Below, piece after piece: positions 46,080 to 55,200 of a stretch of DNA of 64,000 nucleotides. The notes beneath the pieces are model-generated. The model saw only the letters and a list, made by a program, of their open reading frames with translations, did not search any database and had not been told where the DNA came from. Positions within the stretch are counted from its first letter, which is position 1, and each line of letters opens with the position of its first letter. The position numbers were made by a program, and so were the translations under genes. Origin of the DNA: Candidatus Desulfarcum epimagneticum (lineage in GTDB: Bacteria; Desulfobacterota; Desulfobacteria; Desulfobacterales; CR-1); contig CAACVI010000001.1 of the NCBI GenBank assembly GCA_900659855.1, forward strand, positions 113,179 through 177,178. Reading direction: 5' to 3'.

Positions 46080-47453
46080 TCAGTCGCTGACTGGATAACC
46101 GTTTGACTCAAAGATTCTTTTAAGGACGCTCTGGGCCCGGGGCTCGCCGTGGATAAGCTTGATCAGGCGGGGTTTTCCGGGCATGGACATCGCCCAGTCC
46201 ACAAGGCCTTTTTGGTCCGCGTGGGCGGAATAGGCGCCCATCCTGTAAACCCCGGCCCGGACGGGGACCCGCGCGCCGTTGATGAACACGTGCCCGTTTC
46301 TTCTTTTCCGGTTTTTCAGGATTCGTCTGCCCGTGGTGTGGCGGGCCTGGTATCCCACGAAAAACACGTCGTTGGCGGGGTGGCCCAGCCCGTTTTCCAG
46401 GTGGTTCAGGATGCGCCCGCCCGAGCACATGCCGCTTCCGGCGATGATGACGGCCGGCCCCGGGATATCCAGGAGGCGTTTGTGATGCGAGTGGCTTTCC
46501 ACGGCGAACAGGTCTTTAAAATCCAGGGGATGGTCCCCGGAATAAAGGGCCGCTTTGGCCTCGGCGTCCCAGAATTCTTTCAGGGACGAATAAATTTTCG
46601 TGATCCCGATTCCCAAAGGAGAGTCCACAAAAACCGGGATTCTTTTGTTTCGAAGGCCGGGAAAGGCCCGTCCCAGATCGGGGTCTGAGAAAAGGCGGTC
46701 CATTTCAAAAATCAGCTCCTGGGTTCGGCCCAGGGAAAAGGCCGGGATGAATATTTTGCCTTTGTCCCGCAGGGCTTTTTCCATCAAAGCCCCCAGTCTT
46801 TGGATTCTGTCTTTTCGGCTTGTGTGGAGACGGTCGCCGTAGGTGGACTCCATGACCAGGAAATCGGAGGCGTCCGGGGGATCGGGATCGGGAAGAAGCG
46901 GCGTGTCTTTTAAGCCCAGATCTCCTGAAAACACTATGGAGACGGTTTTCCCCGCCTCGGCCGGGATCTCAAACCGGACAAAGCACGAGCCCAGTATGTG
47001 CCCGGCGTTTTTGAGTTTGAAGGACACGCCTTTTTTCAAGGAAAAGGTCTCATTGTATTCAAAGCCCCAGGAGAGTTCGTCGAGTTCGGCCTCGCGCGAC
47101 GCCATGCGCCTGTCATTCATTCCGGAAATGGACATGGCGTCTTTGAGCATGGGCATGATCAGGGCCCGGGTGGCGTGCGCGCAGATGATTTCGCCGGAAA
47201 AGCCCTTTTCGATCAGCCGGGGGACCCGGCCCGCGTGGTCCAGATGGGCGTGGGTCAAAAAAAGATAGTCGAGGTCTTTTGGAGCCACGGGCATTCGGGA
47301 CATCCGGACATGGGGGTCGTTTCCCTGGCTCAGACCGCAATCGATCATGATGGAGGGGCCTGAGCGGATTTTCAGCAGATGGCACGAGCCTGTGACCTGC
47401 CGCTCTCCCCCCAGATGAAACAGATCGAAAAACGGACTTTCAATTTTTTTCAT
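46080..47453 (-). CDS. MBL-fold beta-CASP hydrolase (second paralog)
   Basis: 457-aa ORF with THAHLDHAGR, ESTYGDR and GAYSAHADQ motifs. Confidence 0.8.
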   Translation of the reverse strand: MKKIESPFFDLFHLGGERQVTGSCHLLKIRSGPSIMIDCGLSQGNDPHVRMSRMPVAPKDLDYLFLTHAHLDHAGRVPRLIEKGFSGEIICAHATRALIMPMLKDAMSISGMNDRRMASREAELDELSWGFEYNETFSLKKGVSFKLKNAGHILGSCFVRFEIPAEAGKTVSIVFSGDLGLKDTPLLPDPDPPDASDFLVMESTYGDRLHTSRKDRIQRLGALMEKALRDKGKIFIPAFSLGRTQELIFEMDRLFSDPDLGRAFPGLRNKRIPVFVDSPLGIGITKIYSSLKEFWDAEAKAALYSGDHPLDFKDLFAVESHSHHKRLLDIPGPAVIIAGSGMCSGGRILNHLENGLGHPANDVFFVGYQARHTTGRRILKNRKRRNGHVFINGARVPVRAGVYRMGAYSAHADQKGLVDWAMSMPGKPRLIKLIHGEPRAQSVLKRIFESNGYPVSD

Positions 47454-47488
47454 GGCGTGTCTGGTCTCCTTTCGGTCAAAGGCGCCCG

Positions 47489-48835
47489 TCAGGGCGATGA
47501 CGCGCGCCGCTGGGGGAGCCGGATGATTTTCGGGGTGATAAATATCAGCAGCTCTTCCTTTTCCCTGATCCGGTTCCGGGACCGGAACAGGGCGCCGATC
47601 CCCGGCAGCCTGGACAGAAAAGGGACCCCGACTTCGCCGCCGCTTTTCCGGGTTTTGATGATGCCCCCGATGACGACGGTCTCACGGTCGTCCACCAGAA
47701 GACGGGTCATGGCCTCCTTGGTGGTGAAGGAAGGCTGGTTGTTGATAATGGTATTTACATCGATATCGTTTTTTTTGATGTCAATGTCAAGCAATATTCT
47801 GCTGTCCGGATTCACATGGGGGGTCACTTCCAGCACCAGATCGATATTTTTGAATTCCGTGGTGGTGTTTCCGGCGTCGTCGGTTTTGTGATAAGGGTAG
47901 GCGACCCCCTGTCGGATGATGGCTTTTTGGGCGCTGAGGGTGATGATTTTGGGCGCGGAGACGATTTTGCCTTTTCCAAAGGATTCCATGGCCGCCAGTT
48001 TGGCGTTGAGCAGAAAGGGCGTTCCTGAAATTTTCATGAAGTTGACCCCGGCGGAGGCGATCTCGGCGGCCCGGCCCGGCAGATTCACGGCGGCGTTAAA
48101 ACCGTACGTTCCCCCGAAATCGCTCCCCCCGATCCCGTTTCGGACCTCGGCGCTCATTCCCCAGTCGACCCCGATTTCCCGTGAAAAGCTGGCGGCGGCC
48201 TCCACAATCCGCGCCTCGATCATCACCTGGGGGGGCGGCTGGTCCATTCTGCGGACAATCTCGGCGACCCGCCGGAGGTGTGTGGGGGAATCGGAGACAA
48301 TGAGCGTGTTGGAGCGCTCGTCCACGCCGACCCGTCCGCCGGGACTGAGGACAGGCTCAATGTGGGGGACGATGTCTTTTTTCGCGTCCGCGTAATTCAC
48401 GGGAATGTATTCGGTTTCGGCCGGCTCCGTCTTTTCCTGTTCCGCCGCCGGCGCCGCGGCCGCGAGCTTTCGCTCCCGCTCCAGGGCGCCCAGGGTGGCG
48501 ATGCGGATGATATTGCCCCGCCGGGTTTGGCCCAGCCGGTTCATTTTTAAAACCACATCCAGGACCTGGTCCCAGGGCGCGGGTTTTGAAATGGACAGGG
48601 TCGCCTTTCCCTTGACATCCGGATCAATGACGATATTTTCACCGCTCACCTCCCGGATGGTGTGAAACACGTTTTTAATGTCGGCGTCATAAAAAAACAC
48701 GGAAATTTTTTTCCGAGGGACCTGATCGGGCGTTTTTTCAACGGCCAGGGCCGGCCGCGCCGAAAAAAACGCCGCCGCCAGGGCCAGGATCCAAAGAAAA
48801 CGCCATGTCTTGGGCTTGAATGTTTCGTATGTCAT
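47489..48835 (-). CDS. pilQ: type IV pilus secretin
   Basis: 448-aa ORF with a signal peptide and a secretin C-terminal domain (VPFLSRLPGIGALF...ELLIFITPKII). Last gene of the pilMNOPQ order. Confidence 0.85.
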   Translation of the reverse strand: MTYETFKPKTWRFLWILALAAAFFSARPALAVEKTPDQVPRKKISVFFYDADIKNVFHTIREVSGENIVIDPDVKGKATLSISKPAPWDQVLDVVLKMNRLGQTRRGNIIRIATLGALERERKLAAAAPAAEQEKTEPAETEYIPVNYADAKKDIVPHIEPVLSPGGRVGVDERSNTLIVSDSPTHLRRVAEIVRRMDQPPPQVMIEARIVEAAASFSREIGVDWGMSAEVRNGIGGSDFGGTYGFNAAVNLPGRAAEIASAGVNFMKISGTPFLLNAKLAAMESFGKGKIVSAPKIITLSAQKAIIRQGVAYPYHKTDDAGNTTTEFKNIDLVLEVTPHVNPDSRILLDIDIKKNDIDVNTIINNQPSFTTKEAMTRLLVDDRETVVIGGIIKTRKSGGEVGVPFLSRLPGIGALFRSRNRIREKEELLIFITPKIIRLPQRRASSP

Positions 48836-48859
48836 CGCCTTTCCTTTCGGACGCTTTTT

Positions 48860-49348
48860 TTAAAGCCCCCGCTTTGTTTTCAACACGCGCCTTTTTTGGG
48901 GATCGCGTGTCATTTCCATGACCACCCGGTCGTTGTGGATGGCCGCCACCCGCCAGCGCCCCATGGAGGAGCCGACCTTAAGCGCGCGGCCCCGGCCCGA
49001 GGCGTCCTCCACCATGGCCACCCTTTCCTGTCTTGAAGGCCCGGCCGGGATCAAAATTCCCGTGAGCCTGAAGGGATTCGGGCGCCTGCGGGCCGCCTGG
49101 TTTTTGTGGGAAACGGGTCGGGGCTTTCGGGTTTCGGTTTTCAAAGGCCCGTTTTTTTTAAGCGGAAGGCGCGCCGGGTTTTCGGACCCGCTCTTTTCCG
49201 GGCCAGGGGACAAAACCTCCAGGGGCGGGGCAAAGGGGTCCGGGGCGCGGCCGGGCGGAAACGGAGCCGGGTCGGGGGTCTGGCCCGCGGCCGCGCTGGA
49301 AACCAGAAGCGCCCAGACGGCGTATGGAATGAGTCCCCGGGCTTTCAT
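48860..49348 (-). CDS. pilP: pilus assembly protein PilP-like
   Basis: 162-aa signal-peptide protein, called from its position between pilO and pilQ. Its start overlaps the pilO stop (ATGA). Confidence 0.55.
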   Translation of the reverse strand: MKARGLIPYAVWALLVSSAAAGQTPDPAPFPPGRAPDPFAPPLEVLSPGPEKSGSENPARLPLKKNGPLKTETRKPRPVSHKNQAARRRPNPFRLTGILIPAGPSRQERVAMVEDASGRGRALKVGSSMGRWRVAAIHNDRVVMEMTRDPQKRRVLKTKRGL

Positions 49349-49959
49349 GGCCGCCCCTTCCCCGGCGGGGTTGAATTCAGACGGGCCGCCGTCGCCACAA
49401 AGGAGGCCATGAGCAGTCCCTGTTTTCCGGATTTTTCCCCGGGCCGCAGGCGAAGGCTTCGAATGAGCGCCATTCGGGGCGCCCGGCTCACGGATTCAAA
49501 AAACGCCGTCATCTGATGAAAATTTCCCGTCGCCCGGACGGCGGCCGGAGACTGTGTGTAAAATTCCCCCCGGCTTTCCGGACGGGGCTCAAAGGAAAGG
49601 AACTCCAGCCCGGCTTTTTCCCCGGTCCGGGACAGCTCGGCCATCCATGAGTCGGCCTCGCGGCGTCCGGGAAGGGATTTGAAAAGGCCCTCCATGCGTT
49701 TTTTCTTTTTTTCCAGCTCCTTCTCATGCCGGGCCGGGGTCCCCCATCCCATTCCGGCCGCGGCCAGGCGGATGTCGATTCGGCTCATTTCTTCGCGGAG
49801 ACGGCGAATCTCACCGTATTTGGGACCCAACAAAACAAAAGCAAAAAAACACGCCGTCAAGGTCAAAATCCCCCCGGCCCCGATGGTTTTTTGAGACCCG
49901 GGAAGCCCGGCCAGATTTTCCCAGAAGCGCTCCAAACCTTTTGTCTGATGCTCAGGCAT
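49345..49959 (-). CDS. pilO: type IV pilus assembly protein PilO
   Basis: Start taken at MPEHQTK (cat at 49957-49959). Single TM helix then a coiled coil. Called from operon position. Confidence 0.6.
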   Translation of the reverse strand: MPEHQTKGLERFWENLAGLPGSQKTIGAGGILTLTACFFAFVLLGPKYGEIRRLREEMSRIDIRLAAAGMGWGTPARHEKELEKKKKRMEGLFKSLPGRREADSWMAELSRTGEKAGLEFLSFEPRPESRGEFYTQSPAAVRATGNFHQMTAFFESVSRAPRMALIRSLRLRPGEKSGKQGLLMASFVATAARLNSTPPGKGRP

Positions 49960-49964
49960 ACGGC

Positions 49965-50501
49965 CTATTTCCTTTCGGTCCCGAGCGCGGGGCAGGCCAG
50001 CTCGAACAGCGTCTGGTCTTTCCCGTCCGGGCCCTTTTGTTTTTTTAATATTTTGAGGCGGACGTCTTTGAAAAAATCCGTTTTTTTGAGCCGCTGGATG
50101 AAAAGCGCCGCGTCGGCGCCGTCCATGGATTTTCCCCGGATGACGGCCGTTTTCCCATCGGACTCCAAATCGGTCAGCCACACGCGCCCCTGGGGAACGG
50201 CCCCGGCCAGATCGCCCAGGAGTCGGACGGGCCATGACCGGTCCCCGGCGATCTCTGAAAGCGCCCGCTCCTTTTTTTTAAAAGCGTCCATCTCGGCTTT
50301 GATGGCAAAAAGGCGTTGGGCCTTTTTTCCATGCCGGGCGGAAAGCCCCTTGATCTCCTCCACCCGGGCCTCCAGGGAGGCGTTGTGAAGGGCCAGGGCC
50401 ATGCACAGGACGGCGGTCAGAAGCGCGAAGACAAAGGCCTGGTTTCTGACTTTTCTTATTTTCATTTTCCGCCGCCGGCCCATGAGATTGATGGCGATCA
50501 T
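49965..50501 (-). CDS. pilN: type IV pilus assembly protein PilN
   Basis: Start taken at MIAINLMGRRR (typical PilN N-terminus), followed by a TM helix. Confidence 0.65.
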   Translation of the reverse strand: MIAINLMGRRRKMKIRKVRNQAFVFALLTAVLCMALALHNASLEARVEEIKGLSARHGKKAQRLFAIKAEMDAFKKKERALSEIAGDRSWPVRLLGDLAGAVPQGRVWLTDLESDGKTAVIRGKSMDGADAALFIQRLKKTDFFKDVRLKILKKQKGPDGKDQTLFELACPALGTERK

Positions 50502-50506
50502 GTTTT

Positions 50507-51469
50507 TCAGCTCCTTCGGGCCGCGAGCCCCAGGCACACGCAGGCCTGGGAGGCCGTTTGCCCGGGAGAAAAGCCCTCCATGATTTCATCGCTCACCGAC
50601 ATGCGGGAAAAAGGGTCGAACCTGCGGGCTTCCAGGGAATCTTTTTCAGAAAGAATCCGCCTGAAATCGTCGATATCGGCCCCGCCGCCGCTGACAAAAA
50701 CACGGTGAACGACCTGGCCGGGATGGGCGGACTCAAAAAAATCCAGCGCCCGTCTGATCTCCGAATGCCATTCATCCAGACCCGGGCCCGTCATTTCGCC
50801 CCCCGCTTCCAAAAGGGCCCCGCATCCTGAAAGAATGTGGGTCATGAAACAGGACCGCCCCTCTTTGATAATATTGATGGAGGTCTTGGAGGCCCCGATA
50901 TCCAGCATGGCCACGCATTCCGGCTGGGCGCCGCAAACGTCCTCAAAAAGATTCTGCAAAGCGAAGGCGTCCACATCCACCACCCGGGGCTCAAGACCGG
51001 CCTTGCGCGCCGCGTCGATGTATTTCTGGATAAAATCCTTTCGGGCCGCCACCAGAAGCGCGTGGGTCAGATCGGGGTTTTCCGGATCTTTCCCCAGCAC
51101 ATGGACATCCAGATGAACGTCATCCATGCGGCAGGGCAAATACTGGTCGGACTCAAAGGCCACGGCTTCGAAAATGTCCTCTTCGGACATGGCCGGCGCC
51201 TGGATATGCTTGACCATCACACCCAGTCCGCTCACGGATATGGCCGCCTCTTTGCGTTTGAACCCGTTTTGCTCAAAGAGCCGCTCCACGGCTTTGGCCG
51301 CCGCGTCCGGGTCTTTTAAGACGCCGTTTTCCACCACGTTTCCAGGGGTTTTTCGAATGGCGAAGTTCTCAACGCAAAGCCCTTTTTTGCCCCTGGAAAT
51401 TTCAGCGGCTTTGATGGTTTCCGATCCGATGTCCAGACCCAGAAGTTTTCTTTTAAATCCCAATGCCAT
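50507..51469 (-). CDS. pilM: type IV pilus assembly protein PilM (actin-like ATPase fold)
   Basis: 320-aa ORF with LGLDIGSETIKAAE and MLDIGASKTS motifs. Confidence 0.8.
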   Translation of the reverse strand: MALGFKRKLLGLDIGSETIKAAEISRGKKGLCVENFAIRKTPGNVVENGVLKDPDAAAKAVERLFEQNGFKRKEAAISVSGLGVMVKHIQAPAMSEEDIFEAVAFESDQYLPCRMDDVHLDVHVLGKDPENPDLTHALLVAARKDFIQKYIDAARKAGLEPRVVDVDAFALQNLFEDVCGAQPECVAMLDIGASKTSINIIKEGRSCFMTHILSGCGALLEAGGEMTGPGLDEWHSEIRRALDFFESAHPGQVVHRVFVSGGGADIDDFRRILSEKDSLEARRFDPFSRMSVSDEIMEGFSPGQTASQACVCLGLAARRS

Positions 51470-51516
51470 GGCGTCTCCTCCCGTTTTGTTGGATGATTCA
51501 CGGGCGAATGGGCGCT

Positions 51517-52407
51517 TCAGCCCATTTCCCGAATGTATCCGGCCAGGTTCTGGTCGCGGAAAAGCGATTCGACCAGATCCTCGAACACCACGCGAAATTT
51601 TCTCTTTGCCCCGGATGATTTGGCCTCAAAGCGTTTGATTTTCCCGGTTTGGGCGTGATAGACCAGCACGATCAGTCGATTCATATCCGAGATGCGCTCC
51701 CCCAGCTCCACCTTGCCCGCGATGATCACGTCCCGGGGAAACATTTCCTTTATTTTTTCCAGGGCCTCTTTTTTTTTAAAAGAGCTGATTTTAACGCCGG
51801 TTACCAGTTTGCCTTTTGAAATATGGGCGGGAACCGTGTCGGGAATGATTCGTTTGACCTCAAAAAATATGGGGTGGGCAAACATATTGGACAATTCCCC
51901 GGGATTGAAGAACGCTTTCTCCTGCTGAATTTCAAAGGGCAGGATCACGGCGTTTTTCACCTTTTCGTTGATCAGGCTTTCGTCTATGTATCGGCCTTTC
52001 CGGCTCAGGGACAGCTCGTTGTTCATATAAAAATTCACCGTGTAGGCGTCGCCATGTGTGAGCATGGCGCGAACCTCGTCGTTGATGGGGATGGTGTGCC
52101 AGTAAAAGTGATGGGATCTGACCGGGGCGTTTTTGATTTCTTTTGTGTAAAGGACTGTTCCCGCAGGGCCTGATATCTCAATTTTCAGATCATATTCTCC
52201 AGGCTTGCTGATCGCCCCCCAGTGCGGAACAATGACCATTTTATCGTCTGAGCGAAACAGGTTTTTCATGGGAAGATACGAGATGCCGGTTTTGGCCATG
52301 GGCTCGTCGGGAAGAACCCTCAGGGACAAGGGGGCGTAGGTGAGGCAGCCGCAGAAAAAAACAAGGGGAAAGAAAACAAAGAGTTTAATAAGGGAGTTGG
52401 TTTTCAT
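51517..52407 (-). CDS. hypothetical lipoprotein
   Basis: Start taken at MKTNSLIKLFVFFPLVFFCGC (lipobox-like FFCGC). No recognisable domain. Confidence 0.5.
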   Translation of the reverse strand: MKTNSLIKLFVFFPLVFFCGCLTYAPLSLRVLPDEPMAKTGISYLPMKNLFRSDDKMVIVPHWGAISKPGEYDLKIEISGPAGTVLYTKEIKNAPVRSHHFYWHTIPINDEVRAMLTHGDAYTVNFYMNNELSLSRKGRYIDESLINEKVKNAVILPFEIQQEKAFFNPGELSNMFAHPIFFEVKRIIPDTVPAHISKGKLVTGVKISSFKKKEALEKIKEMFPRDVIIAGKVELGERISDMNRLIVLVYHAQTGKIKRFEAKSSGAKRKFRVVFEDLVESLFRDQNLAGYIREMG

Positions 52408-52559
52408 TTTTGGTCTCCGTTTTGAGGTTTTAAATGCGTCGGAATCCGTTTTGATTTTTTTTTCGCCTGACATTCTTTATGGCGGTTTGAAGAAAATGAA
52501 TCAATGCCGATGATGGGAAAAAATGGAAAAAAAAGGAAAAAAAAGAAAGAAAGGATCAG

Positions 52560-52688
52560 GCGGCATCGTAAAAATTCCATATGCTAAAATTTAAGCCACA
52601 AGGCGTGGTGGTTTTTAAATAAGCGAGGCGATACCCAGTATGCCGAAGGAACAAAAAATCACCGCGACGCATTTTTTTTACGATGTCG
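52560..52688 (-). mobile_element. MITE-like repeat copy C6 (type B, inverted orientation, lacks the right tail)
   Basis: On the minus strand, CGACATCGTAAAAAAAATGCGTCGCGGTG...TTAAATTTTAGCATATGGAATTTTTACGATGCCG begins directly after the thpR TGA (tca at 52689-52691). Confidence 0.75.
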
Positions 52689-53339
52689 TCAAGAGTCGGC
52701 CAGCCGCCATATGTGAAGGGGGGTGTAAACCGGGCCGGTTTTTTTCAGATCGCTTTGAAACAGGACCACGTCGCTGCATGTGAAAGACGGGGTTTGAAAC
52801 GACCGGCCCTCTTCCAGAAGCGCCGCGGCGTCCCGGATGGGCATTTTGGCTTTGATCCGGCCCAAAGTGGCGTGGGGCTTGAACGGTTTTTGGCCCGCGC
52901 CTGAAAATGTGAGACCCTTTTCCTTAAGGCCTTTTTCCATGATCCCCTGGAAGCCGATGAGTTCACGGGCGTCGCCCTCAAAGGCGGTCCAGATGATCCG
53001 GGGGGTTCGGACGCCCGGGAAAAAACCCAGCCCCCGGGCCGACAGAGAAAACGAAGCGGCCTTTCGGACGGCCTGTGAAAGGGCCGTCCGGACGAGCGCC
53101 TGCTGATCGTCGGTGATATCCCCTAAAAATTTGAGGGTGATGTGAATGTTTCCCGGGCGGGTCCATTTGATATTCGGGTTAATATTTCGGCTGATTTTTG
53201 GGCGAGCATTCGGGCGGGCGTTTCGGCGTTTTTTTTTCAGGCGGTCCTGGAGCGCGGCCATGGCCGAAACAGCCGTCTTGGGAAGAGACAGGGCCAGGAA
53301 ACAGCGTGTCCGGCCGGGGCCTTTTTTTTCAGCGCTCAC
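52689..53339 (-). CDS. thpR: RNA 2',3'-cyclic phosphodiesterase (2H family, ThpR/LigT)
   Basis: Two HxTx motifs (HITLKF, HATLGR). A GTG start at 53339 overlapping the aor TGA (GTGA) is preferred, giving an N-terminus ...RCFLALSLP. The track ORF starts at 53381. Confidence 0.75.
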   Translation of the reverse strand: MSAEKKGPGRTRCFLALSLPKTAVSAMAALQDRLKKKRRNARPNARPKISRNINPNIKWTRPGNIHITLKFLGDITDDQQALVRTALSQAVRKAASFSLSARGLGFFPGVRTPRIIWTAFEGDARELIGFQGIMEKGLKEKGLTFSGAGQKPFKPHATLGRIKAKMPIRDAAALLEEGRSFQTPSFTCSDVVLFQSDLKKTGPVYTPLHIWRLADS

Positions 53340-55117
53340 GGCTCCCCGCCTTCCGGGGGAGGGGCGCCGTCTTTGTCCCATCCGCGCAGACGGTAATAAT
53401 CGGCCACCATAAACGCCAGCTCCCGGCGGGTGATTCCCCGCCCGTCTTTCAAACGCTCCCGGTGAAGCCGGTCGGGAAGGCGGTCGTCTTCGGGAACAAG
53501 GCCCTCCCGAATGTTGAAGCGCCGGATCAGATCGGCGAGGCGGGCGGCTTTTTTCCTCAAAGCGCTTTCATCCCATCTCACGCCGGCCGTCATCTCAAAC
53601 AGGGCGGACATTTCGCTCCATCCATAAATTTCTTTGTAAAAACGGCACAGGATCATGCAGTCCATCAGGGCCATCCGGTCTTCATAATCAATGAGAAGCG
53701 CGGCTTTTCCCTCAATCTCGTCCCGGGGAACCGCGCCGCTGATCTCCGGGGAGTGAAAAGTGGCGCGGAGGTGGCACGCCCCCCGGTGAGACACGGCAAA
53801 GGCCAGGGCGCTGCCTTTGAGAACCCTTGGGTCGTATCCCGGAAGCTCAAGGCCCTTGACATGGACGGCCATGTCCTCCATGCCCCAGCGCGAGGCGGCG
53901 AATCGAATCCCTTGCGCCAGGATATCCCCGACGCCCTGCCTTTTCGCGATCATCTCAAGCAGCCGGGCCGCCCCGTCGGGGTCCCCGTATGAAATTTTGA
54001 AATCCGTCCGGCCCTTCGCGGACGCCTCAATGGCCAGGGCGCAGAGACTTCCGGCGGAAATGGTGTCCATGCCCAGGCGGTCGCAGAGATCGTTTAAGTA
54101 AAGAATCTCCTCAATCTCTTTGATCAGGCACAGTCCGCCAAAGGCGAACAGGGTCTCATATTCGGGTCCTTCCAGCTCCAGCCCGGCGTGGCGCCCTTTC
54201 AGCGCCCGGGTCATGCGGCCGCACGCGATGAAGCACCGGGCGCAGGCCCTGGGTTTCACGTCGCAGCGCCGGTGAAGGGCCTGGGCCGTGAGGCCCTCCC
54301 ATCCTGAAAATTCCCCGCTTCCCCAGCCTTTGGACGGAACCCCGCCGATTTTCGCCAGGGGGGCCAGCATTTTGGCGGTTCCATGCCGTGAAAATTCCAC
54401 CACCACGGGGTTCTTTCTCGACTCCCGGGACACTTTCCGGGAAAAATCCTTGAGCGCCTGGAGATCATGGACCGGGCGTTTCATGCCGCCGGAAAACAAA
54501 ACGCCTTTCAGCTTTTTGGCGCCCATGACCGTTCCGGCGCCGGTTCTTCCCGCGCTTCGCCAGTAGTCGTTTCCAATGGCGGCGAATCTCACGAGATTTT
54601 CCCCGGCCGGGCCGATCACCACGGCGCCGGATTTTTGTTCCGGGCCGCCGGCGCCTGAAAAACGGGCTTTCATGGCGTCCTCGGCCTCGTAGGCGTCCAT
54701 GCCCCACATGCCCGCGGCGTCGTGGAACTTCGCCCCTTCCGGAGACACGGTCAAAGCGATGGGGGACGGGGACCGGCCGGATATGACGATGGCGTCGAAC
54801 CCCGCCGCGTCCAATGCCTCCGGGGTTTTCCCCCCGGCGTAGGATTCGGAGTAAAAACCGGTCTGGGGGGATTTGGTGAAGACCCCGTAGCGGCTTGAGC
54901 CCCACACGGGACCCCCGGACACGGGCCCGGAGGCGAAAATCAGCCGGTTGTCCGGGGAAAGGGGGTCCACCCCGGCCGGGTTTTGGGAAAAAAGAAGAAA
55001 AGAGGCCAGGGCCTTGCCCCCGGGGTATGACGCAAGGGTTTCGTCCTCTATCTTTTCAATGGAAAAATTTCTTTTCCCCAGATCAATTTTAAGAATCCGT
55101 CCGTAAAATCCGTCCAT
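53336..55117 (-). CDS. aor: aldehyde:ferredoxin oxidoreductase (tungstopterin family)
   Basis: 593-aa ORF with the AOR N-terminal domain (GRILKIDL...) and typical C-terminal domains. Confidence 0.9.
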   Translation of the reverse strand: MDGFYGRILKIDLGKRNFSIEKIEDETLASYPGGKALASFLLFSQNPAGVDPLSPDNRLIFASGPVSGGPVWGSSRYGVFTKSPQTGFYSESYAGGKTPEALDAAGFDAIVISGRSPSPIALTVSPEGAKFHDAAGMWGMDAYEAEDAMKARFSGAGGPEQKSGAVVIGPAGENLVRFAAIGNDYWRSAGRTGAGTVMGAKKLKGVLFSGGMKRPVHDLQALKDFSRKVSRESRKNPVVVEFSRHGTAKMLAPLAKIGGVPSKGWGSGEFSGWEGLTAQALHRRCDVKPRACARCFIACGRMTRALKGRHAGLELEGPEYETLFAFGGLCLIKEIEEILYLNDLCDRLGMDTISAGSLCALAIEASAKGRTDFKISYGDPDGAARLLEMIAKRQGVGDILAQGIRFAASRWGMEDMAVHVKGLELPGYDPRVLKGSALAFAVSHRGACHLRATFHSPEISGAVPRDEIEGKAALLIDYEDRMALMDCMILCRFYKEIYGWSEMSALFEMTAGVRWDESALRKKAARLADLIRRFNIREGLVPEDDRLPDRLHRERLKDGRGITRRELAFMVADYYRLRGWDKDGAPPPEGGEP

Positions 55118-55200
55118 TTTCAGTCCAGTGTTCTCCCAAAAGCGCCCTTGGCGGGGTTATTCGGTGAATCATAGCGCCGGGTCCGGCCCATGTAAAGGGA

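Noticed and set aside
1035-47453. I considered whether the two beta-CASP MBL hydrolase genes (1035..2615 and 46080..47453) are a duplication linked to the repeat family.
   Set aside because: The two proteins are clearly divergent paralogs of different length (526 and 457 aa). Only one is followed by a MITE, and nothing suggests a recent duplication.
52500-52560. There is a purine-rich GAAAAAA/GGAAAAAAAA low-complexity tract upstream of the lipoprotein gene.
   Set aside because: It is a simple A/G-rich run with no defined repeat unit or partner. It is probably promoter-region low complexity.
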